From: the human T2T-CHM13v2.0 reference genome, Homo sapiens
DNA: 64,000 bases
Strand: one strand, 5' to 3'
Assembly (NCBI RefSeq): GCF_009914755.1
Contig: NC_060944.1
Below are positions 51,701 through 60,400 of the stretch, one piece after another. Each line of letters starts with the position of its first letter. Position 1 is the stretch's first letter. The notes below the pieces were generated by a model. That model made no database searches. It was not told the DNA's origin and saw nothing but the letters and a program-made list of their open reading frames with translations. The position numbers were made by a program, and so were the translations under genes.

Positions 51701-53710
51701 GGCTCTCGGGCAGCTTCTGCTGGGAATGCTTTGAGGCCCGGTCTCTGTTTCCTTTAAACTTCTGCTGGCTCTGTCTGCGTAGTGTCGGGGAGCCTGTGTG
51801 TCCGCAAGCTGGTTCCCCTTTGGGAATGCGCTTGTTTGCCTGTGGCTAGAGCTGGGTAGGCGAGGGCTTCTGGGCCCCTGGTGAGGACCCCAGCTGGGTA
51901 CTTCAGAGGAGGGTGGCTGGCCGAGCGGTGGGGCTGGAGGACTGGAGGGAGCTGGGGTTCCTGCGCCCTGGGTCCCCTGGCCCCACATGGCTGCCTGCCT
52001 GCTGCCAGCTCATGGAGTGCAGACCCGTGTGCTTGGCCCTTCAGAAATGCTTGTCCCTTTGGGTGGGATCTGGACTGAATCTTCTAATCTAAGCACATGA
52101 ATTGTGTAATGGGATGGAACAGAAATGACCTTGCTTCCAGAACACAGCCGCAAGTGTCCACCCGCCCCATGCCGCTCCTCCAGGCCTGTGGGTCCCCACC
52201 GCCCCGCTTCTTCCTGGCTTTGGTGTTGGGAATTCCTGCTCCTCTGGCCTGGGGAGGGGCCAGGCTCTTTCTGGTGGGCTAGAGGGCATCCTGAGCTCGC
52301 ATTTCCTTGCCCCTCGCAGGTGGGCTGGGGGCCCTGACTGGACCTGGCCTGGCCAGCTTACTGGGGAGCAGTGGGCCTCCAGGGAGCAGCTCCTCCTCCA
52401 GGTGAGCCTCATCGCTCCTGCCACGCAGGTGCCACGGTGTTAAGGGAGGGGCAGTGGGGAATCCTGGCCCAGCACCCTGGACCCTGCGAGTAGGCCCTGC
52501 CGTGTGGGGCGTGTCCGCTCCAGCGGTGCCCTCTCTCTTCGCAGCTCCCGGAGCCAGTCGGCAGCGGTCACCCCGTCATCCACCACCTCTTCCACCCGTG
52601 CCACCCCAGCCCCTTCTGCTCCAGCAGCTGCCTCAGCAACTAGCCCGAGCCCCGCGCCCAGTTCCGGGAATGGAGCCAGCACAGCAGCCAGCCCGACCCA
52701 GCCCATCCAGCTGAGCGACCTCCAGAGCATCCTGGCCACGATGAACGTACCAGCCGGGCCAGCAGGCGGCCAGCAAGGTAGCGTGTGCTGTCGCCTGGAG
52801 CTGGGTGGGGGGCATGGGGCCTGCTGACCCTCGCACGCTCACCTTCCAAGGCATCTGCCTAGTGTGCGCGCCTGGGGTGCTGGGGCCATGGGCTGAGTCC
52901 CTGCTTGCATGCCTTCCATGTGGGCACTTAGGCTGTCATCGAGCTGATGGCCGTGTTCTTGTGCCCCAGTGGACCTGGCCAGTGTGCTGACGCCGGAGAT
53001 AATGGCTCCCATCCTCGCCAACGCGGATGTCCAGGAGCGCCTGCTTCCCTACTTGCCATCTGGGGAGTCGCTGCCGCAGACCGCGGATGAGATCCAGAAT
53101 ACCCTGACCTCGCCCCAGTTCCAGCAGGTAGAGGCCGGGCCCAGGGTGTCCTCCACTGTGTGCTCAGGGAGTGGGCAGGGGGGAGGAGGAGGCCCTGCCC
53201 CACCTTCACCATGGCCAGTGCTTCATGTGCCTGACCCGCAGAGCTGGCAGCTGAGCAGTGTGGCTCTGGGGTGCAGCCCGGGTTGGAGCTCAGCCCTCGC
53301 CTGGCTCTTCTTGCAGGCCCTGGGCATGTTCAGCGCAGCCTTGGCCTCGGGGCAGCTGGGCCCCCTCATGTGCCAGTTCGGTCTGCCTGCAGAGGCTGTG
53401 GAGGCCGCCAACAAGGGCGGTAAGTGGCTGCGCCTGCACCTCCAGGCCAGAGCCAGGGGCAGGGTCCATTCCTGTCCCCCTGGATCTGCAGAAGTGGGGC
53501 TGAGGGGGTAAAGGTCACAGCCCTTCTGCCCTTGATCCCATCGCTTTGATCCCCAGTTCTGGGCAAGGGTTAGACACCACCTTGTGTCTTTAACGTGTTC
53601 TAGATGTGGAAGCGTTTGCCAAAGCCATGCAGAACAACGCCAAGCCCGAGCAGAAAGAGGGCGACACGAAGGACAAGAAGGACGAAGAGGAGGACATGAG
53701 CCTGGACTGA
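48518..53710 (+). CDS. ADRM1: Proteasomal ubiquitin receptor ADRM1 (Rpn13), spliced CDS, 407 aa
   Basis: join(48518..48730,49410..49526,51146..51269,51597..51683,52320..52401,52545..52777,52970..53127,53317..53419,53604..53710) = 1224 nt. [11 protein letters not shown]...[11 protein letters not shown] (Pru domain)...RLFFWMQE...C-terminal UCHL5-binding domain...[10 protein letters not shown]. Confidence 0.98.
48913..49053. repeat. ~71-bp tandem duplication in an ADRM1 intron
   Basis: cttgaactgtccgtgtgaggtgcctggg...ggagctctgtgcctgg x2. Confidence 0.9.
49410..49526 (+). CDS. ADRM1: ADRM1 coding exon 2
   Basis: [14 protein letters not shown]...RLFFWMQ|gtatgg. Confidence 0.96.
51146..51269 (+). 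CDS. ADRM1: ADRM1 coding exon 3
   Basis: [22 protein letters not shown]...LSALG|gtaact. Confidence 0.95.
51597..51683 (+). CDS. ADRM1: ADRM1 coding exon 4
   Basis: [29 protein letters not shown]|gtaacg. Confidence 0.95.
52320..52401 (+). CDS. ADRM1: ADRM1 coding exon 5
   Basis: [27 protein letters not shown]|gtgagc. Confidence 0.94.
52545..52777 (+). CDS. ADRM1: ADRM1 coding exon 6
   Basis: [11 protein letters not shown]...[14 protein letters not shown]...GGQQ|gtagcg. Confidence 0.94.
52970..53127 (+). CDS. ADRM1: ADRM1 coding exon 7
   Basis: [16 protein letters not shown]...SPQFQQ|gtagag. Confidence 0.95.
53317..53419 (+). CDS. ADRM1: ADRM1 coding exon 8
   Basis: [24 protein letters not shown]...ANKG|gtaagt. 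Confidence 0.95.
53604..53710 (+). CDS. ADRM1: ADRM1 last coding exon
   Basis: [12 protein letters not shown]...DMSLD*, TGA 53708-53710. Confidence 0.95.
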
Positions 53711-53784
53711 GCCACGCGCCGTCCTCCGAGGAACTGGGCGCTTGCAGTGCGTTGCACACCCTCACCTCCCACCCACTGATTATT

Positions 53785-53790
53785 AATAAA
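53785..53790 (+). terminator. ADRM1 polyadenylation signal
   Basis: AATAAA 75 nt after the stop, followed by U-rich sequence. Confidence 0.85.
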
Positions 53791-54026
53791 GTCTTTTCTT
53801 TTACCTGCCAACGCTTAGTTTCTTTGCCCAAAGGGAGTTTCGGCTGGACAGGTGCTAGCGTGGGGAGCTGCTGTAGGGTCCCAGAGACAGTTAGTTATTT
53901 GACCTAACAACGGAAAACGGTCACCCCAGGAAGAGTTTGGTGCCTCTGTCCAGGCCGGTTCCAGACCTGTCTTGAGACTCTCTCCGTATTTAAGTCAACA
54001 TTCATTCGGTTACACAGAAGTTACTT

Positions 54027-54127
54027 TTTAATTTTTAAGGAGGAACCAGTGATGATTGGTGACAAATCTCTCACAATTAAAAATGGGTGGAAGGGCCAAA
54101 TATAAAAACATTTTGCAGTATTTTATT
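54027..54127 (-). terminator. LAMA5 polyadenylation signals (AATAAA 54122-54127; ATTAAA 54027-54032)
   Basis: tttatt and tttaat on + strand, downstream of the LAMA5 stop. Confidence 0.7.
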
Positions 54128-54280
54128 CTTTCGTTTAAGAAGCTATAACTTAAACCATCTTCAGAAACAAGATCTGTCACCCGTAGAGCTTAGAGTCCAA
54201 ATAGACACCTATGAGGCGAGCACAAGGAGCGGTGTGAGGCAGCTGCAGGGGCCTGACCAGGGGCCGGGGTTGGCTGTGTC

Positions 54281-54420
54281 CTAGGCGGCTGGGCAGCCAC
54301 TGGCCCCCACTGCCCCGTGGACCTCCACAGAGCGAGTCATGGCGACGGGGGACCGGTTCACCGCCAGCCTCCTCATGCAGCCGCAGTAGGCGGGGGGCCA
54401 GGGCTGCACGGCCATGGGCT
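54281..54420 (-). CDS. LAMA5: LAMA5 exon 80 coding part
   Basis: [18 protein letters not shown]...SGCPAA*. Confidence 0.94.
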
Positions 54421-57400
54421 CTGGGGGCACAGGGAAGATGGAAGAAGGCTGGTTGGTGGGCAGCTAGAGACCCACAGGCCCTTCCCAAACGTCAGTGCCC
54501 CACCCAGCCCCTGTCTCATTCCACATCATAGGAGGGTGGGAGGGGGGTGGGAGGAGGGTGGGAGGGGGCAGGGGGAGGAGGGTGGGAGGGGGCAGGGGGT
54601 GGAGGGGTGGGGGGGTGGGAGGGGGTGGGGGGGGGGGAGGGTGGTAGGTTACGCAGCACCTAGTCCTGAGGGGCAGCTCCCCCACCCTTGATCAAGGCCG
54701 CACTCACCAGGCAGGCCCCCGAGGTACAGAGGGGCTGGGGCACCAGCTGCAGCCGCCAGCAAGGGGCCCACGGTGTGGTTGCTCTGCGCGTCCACCTCCA
54801 GCCGGAGCACATTCCCGCTTTTCATCACTGGGAGAAAGGGGGACTCCTGAGGCCAGGTGGTCCTCAGCCCAGCCTCTCTCCAGCCCCAAAAGAAGCCACC
54901 CCACCCAGAGTCCCGCCTGGCTCCCGCTCTGCAGAAGGGTGGGGGTGGCAGAGTGCCCTGGCCACAGGAGGGGCCTCACCCGCTAGCCGGTGCCACTGGC
55001 CATCACACAGCACTGAGGGGCGGGTCACTGACGTGGAGAACTCCCCTGCTCCGTCATCCGCCCGCAGCAGGACCTGGCGGGGTAGGAAGGGAGGGTCAGG
55101 CTATGCCCCCGAGGTCACCAGAATGGGGAGGCAAACCCTGCCCTGGCACGCCACCTCTGCCAGGCTTACTTGCTTCTCGGTCACCTGCAACTGCAAGTAG
55201 GGGGGCGTCCGGGCCTGGCCCAAGTGGAAGATCAGTCCGGTGACTGCCAGGGGCCGCACCTCCAGTTCCAGGCCCACATCAGGCAGTGTAGCTCCTGGGA
55301 GGTCTGCGGGGAGGGGTTGTGATGGAGAAGAAAGGGGGGGCCCCTCCCCAGAACCTCCTGGAGCCCCCTGCCCTGCCCTGCTGGGGCCTGGGATGCCAGC
55401 ACCCACAGACCTAAAGTGATAACTCCCCCGCTGCCTGGGAAGAACAGGCCCGCCTCCAGGGGGCCCAAGATGCAGGGTGTGACCCCTGCCATCCGTGTGG
55501 GGGCCCCCAGGGGCCTCCCGTGCAGCCTCAGTCTCTTCACACAGCCGCTGAACCCGACGGTCACCTATAGGAGCAGACCGGGCAGGGATCAGGGCCCAGG
55601 GCAGCTGAAAGGGAACAGTGGGTGGGGAGTGGGGGCTGGGGCAAGATGGTTCTCACCGGAAGTTTGGAGCTGTGGCTGCTGGCCGGGAGGCCGCCCACAA
55701 AGAGGGTGTGGGGCTGGGGGTGCTCTGCCCCCTGGTGCTGCCGGTGCGGCCCCTCCTGGCTCCAGGCCCGGGCCCCGTCCGTCACCAGCAGGATCCGGTT
55801 CTTCTCCCAGCGCACGGAGACCTGGGGGCAGGAGATGGGTCAGGGTAGGGCTGCCAGGCCCTGCCCACCACCTTCCTTCTTCTCGGCCCTCACCTTGTGC
55901 CAGCGGCCAGGCCGGGAGCGCTGGCGGCTCTGGGCGCGGAGCCGAGTCCCGAGGCCTTCCATCTGTGCAACGAAGTGGCCATTGCTCAGGAAGAGCGCCA
56001 GGGAGGGGCTGCCGGGCCTCAGACGGGCAGTGAAGAGGAGGAGGCCTCGGGAGCTTCGCGGGAGGACGTGCATGGAGAGACTGGGCCTGGAAGCGGAGCT
56101 GGCGTCAGCCTGCGCGGCCCCTCTCAGCCCACCCCAGCCGGGCCTGGCCTTACCAGTTCCTATGTCGGGCCAGGATGCCCACAAACTCCAGGTGACTGGA
56201 CAGGGAACCCCCAAACTGGTAGGAGTCTCGGGTGGTCCTGAGGTGTGGGGGCAGCATGCAGGCAGGATGCCGGGCGGGCTGACGGCTGCGGCGGGAGGCC
56301 TGGGGGCGTGGATGGTGAATGCAGGGGCCGCCCACACAGGGGCCACCCTTCCAGCCACCCCAGCTCTGCCTGCTCACCCCTGGGGTGCCCACCTTCCGGG
56401 CGGTGGCCTGCAGTCCTCTAGGCCCCAGGCCCGGGGTCTGGGCTTGCAGGGCGGGTGCACAGCCCGTGCTCACATTGACGCTGCCCAGGTTCTGCTGCAG
56501 ATCAAATACGCGCTGTGGGCCCAGGAGCCTGTGCAGGGCGGGCAGGTGGTCAGCAGCTGCGGAAGGCCAGCTGGGACCTTGTCCCCCAGCGCCCACCAGG
56601 CTCACCGCTGCACGAAGACGTTGCTGATGCAGCCACTGAAGTTGTAAATGGTGCCAGACTCAGGCAGGCCTCCCAGGAGGAGCCTCGGGGGCCCCTCAGG
56701 CTGCGGCTGGAGCTCGGGGGGTGGTCCCCGGTGGGGCTTCATCTGCTGGAGCTGGTCATCGACATACAGCCAGACTCTGGGGGGCGGGAGGCCGGAGGCT
56801 CGGTTTTTCCCCACCCTGCCCACCCCCACCTCAGAGGAGACAGAGGTCCAGGCAAGTGCAGGCGGGCGTCCCTCCAGACCTTCACGATGAGGGCCCAGCG
56901 GCCAGGCTCACCCCGTGGCATTGCTGTAGAAGGCGACGTAATGGGGGGCACCATCGGCGAAGCCCGCTTGAGTTTTCACTTCAGTCCTCAGGAGCTGTAG
57001 GCTCACACGGCCCTGCTGCAGGGACACCTGGCATAGCCCATCCTGGGGACGGCAGCCAGGTCAGCCGGCCGGCCTGGGGACCCAGACTCATTCCAGACAC
57101 CCCAGTCCCAACTGCTCCGACGGCCACCGCGGGGTGGGGAATGGGCACGGGTGTGAGGTCTCACCGGGGACGCCCGGTAGTAGAGCAGGGCACTGTCCTG
57201 GGCGCTGTGGAAGCCGAAGCCGGAGTAGACGTTGCCAGTGAGCGGTGCCACGTTCGAGAGCGCCAGGCGAAGGAAGCCGTGGCCATGGAAAGTCATGGCG
57301 CGCCCCACCTGCGGGGAGGCCATCCCTGAGTGCCCGCGGGTGCCCCTGCATGTCCACAGATGCCACCCCCAGCCCGGGGAGGGCTGCTCACCAGCAGGTC

Positions 57401-60400
57401 GGCGGTGCAGCCGGCGCTCACGCCTGTCGTGTTCAGCCGCTTGAGGTCCACATACTTGCCCAGGGCCTTGATGCCTTTGACGCAGCCACGGACTGAGCCT
57501 CCGGTGGGGAAGAGCCATCGCAGGCTGTGGGGAAGCGGGGATGCGGGTCAGGGCGCCACCTCCAAGCCCAGCCTACCGCCCCAACAGCCTGGCCTCGGAG
57601 CCCCAGCTGCGCACAGTGCTTACCTCGGGGGCAGCTGGTCGGGCGGCACGCCCCCCAGGTAGTAGGCGTCGGCCAGCTCCAGATCATTGTCCTGCTCCAC
57701 GCTGTACACCGTGGCCCGCTCCACACGCACCAGCACACGCTTGCGGCTGCCCCCCAGCAGGAACACCTGGATCTACAGGACCAGTGGGGGCTCCAGGGCC
57801 AGCTGTGTCCCTGCGGCCTGCCCCGCCCCCATCGTTCCATCTCCTCTCCCTGCCACCCTGGTCCCCACCCTGGCCCTACCGCCTTGCTGGCCGAGGTCAG
57901 GGGCGGTGGGGGCTGCAGTGGGACGGCCTTTTTCAGGCCAGCCCCAAAGTCATACAACAGCACGAGGCTGCCTTCTTGCACGGCCAAGCACAGGAACTGG
58001 CTCTGCAGAAACAGGGCAGGGTTAGTGTGGGGCAGGGTCAGTGCAAGTGGGGATGGCAGGACGGGTGTGCCTGGCGCACCTGCTGCTTCAGGAAGAAGAG
58101 CACCCCGCTGTAGGACACGAGCCGCAGCTCCTGCTCGAAGCGCTTGGTGGTGCTGATCTGACTGTCGAAGCTGATGCGGGCGAAGCCGGTGCCGTCCAGG
58201 TAGGAGCCGTCCGTGAGCCACGGGTCCCCGGTCGACTTGGAGCTGCAGGTCGGAGATTCTGGGGTCAGCGGAGGGTGGGGTGGGGTGGGTGGAGACGGGG
58301 AGGGCAGGCCACACGCACCGGGCACAAGGCCTGTCCACAGCCGTGTCCAGCTGGAAGGTCCTCTCGAAGTTGTAGAGGCTGACCACCTCCTCATTCAGCG
58401 TGTCCATCTCGATGCAGCCCCGGTAGCCGGGGAAGCGAAGCAGGGGAGGGGGCTGTGGGCACAGGGCTGGGTCAGGGCACCTGGCCTGAGGCGCCTCCCC
58501 TCCAGGATGGACCAAGGGGACTTCAGACTACAGCAGGACGGACTGAGGCAAGATACCAAAAGAACCCGCGGCTCTCCAGGACACAAGCGACTCGGGGCTG
58601 CGGAGCCCCTCCCAGGCTGCCCCAGGCCGGGCGGGCTCACCGTGAAGGTACTGGGGTACCCCCCGACGTAGAAGACGAAGTCGTCTGGCCGCAGGTTGAG
58701 CAGCCCCTCTGCCCCAGGGGCCACCGTGTCACCCTTGGTTTCCTGGATCATCTGTCTCTCCACTGTGACGGACATGTGGCCAAACTGGAGAGTCCTGAGG
58801 GCAGAGGCGAGGGGTGGCGAGTGGGCACGGAGAGATGAGGGGTGGCGAGTGGGCACGGAGAGATGAGGGGTGGCGAGTGGGCACGGAGAGATGAGGGGTG
58901 GCGAGTGGGCACGGAGAGACGAGGGGTGGCGAGTGGGCATGGAGAGACGGGTGGCGAGTGGGCACAGAGACGAGGGGTGGCGAGGGCACAGAGACGAGGG
59001 GTGGCGAGTGGGCACGGAGAGACGAGGGATGGCGAGTGGGCACAGACGAGGGGTGGCGGGTGGGCACAGAGACGAGGGGTGGCGAGTGGGCACAGAGACG
59101 GGTGGCGAGTGGGCACAGAGACGAGGGGTGGCGAGTGGGCACAGAGACGAGGGGTGGCGAGTGGGCACGGAGAGGCGAGGGGTGGCGAGTGGGCATGGAG
59201 AGGTGAAGGGTGGTGGGTGCACACGGAGAGGGGAGAGATGGCGAACGGGCAAGGGCCCTGCAGTTGGAGGCATCCGGCCTCTCTCCTGGGCCTCCCACCT
59301 GTCCAGGCTGACAGCTGCGAACTGCTCCCCAATGTCCTCATCGATGCTTAGGACTGCAGGGCCCGCCTCACCCAGCTGATACACCCAGTGCACCTTCTTG
59401 TCACGCAGAGACACACCCATGTAGTCCCCAGTGGCCTGCGGCAGTGACAGACACACAGTCGGGATGGGGACCGGGGACCAGGGACCAGGCACCGCTCATT
59501 TCCAAACAGAGCCTGAGCTCGGGCCGCATCCACCCAGCCAGCCTGGTACCTGGCGGCTGCCCATGTACATCACAAAGCGATCCTCGGTACCCTGCCCAGG
59601 CTCAGGCTCTGGGCCCTGCAGGTAGAACTTGAGGGCAGTGTAGGCAGCAAGGTCGGCAAGATCCCGTGGGGTGCGCAGCTGCACCCCTGAGCGCCCGTTG
59701 AACTTCATGGGCACCTTGACCTGCGGGGCACGGTCCATCAGCGTCCACCACCACCCTCCCTGATGTCCACCTTCCCCTGGGACTCTCACCCACCTTACTG
59801 GCAGCCCCCCGGGCCTGGGCAATGAGCTCTCGCACGCGGCCAATGCTGGCGGACAGGGCCAGGCTGGCGTTGTGCACCCCACGGTTCTCCAGGATGCTCA
59901 GCTTGGCCAGCAGCTGGGGCAGCGTCTTCTCCAGGGTGGACACTGCAGAGAGGGAGACCTGAGACCTTTGCCCCCCACCGTGCCCGCCTCCATCAGGGGC
60001 ACCGCGAGGGCCATGGGCGCACCTGAGTGGCCTGCGTCAAGCACTGCCTGGCCCAGGTCCTGGCCCCGCAGGCCCTCGTACTGGCCCTGCCACCGCTCCA
60101 CATTCTCCTGCATGGCCTGCAGCTGGGACTGCACACGGGTGGCGGTGTCCTGGGCTTCAGCAGCCACAGCCTTGGCATGTGCGATCTTCTTGCTTGTCTC
60201 GTCTGTGGTGGGCAGAGGGCAGGCTCAGCAGGGGCCAGCGGGGACCATCCTGGCTTCATGTCCCCAAGTCTTTCTGTTGGGCCAGCAACAGGGACATCCA
60301 ACCCCCTATGGATTGTGTGAGACCCTCACACCCCGCTGCTCAGTGCAATCCAAACCCATCCTAAATGCCTCCACCAGACGCCCCCTCCATGCCAGGACAG

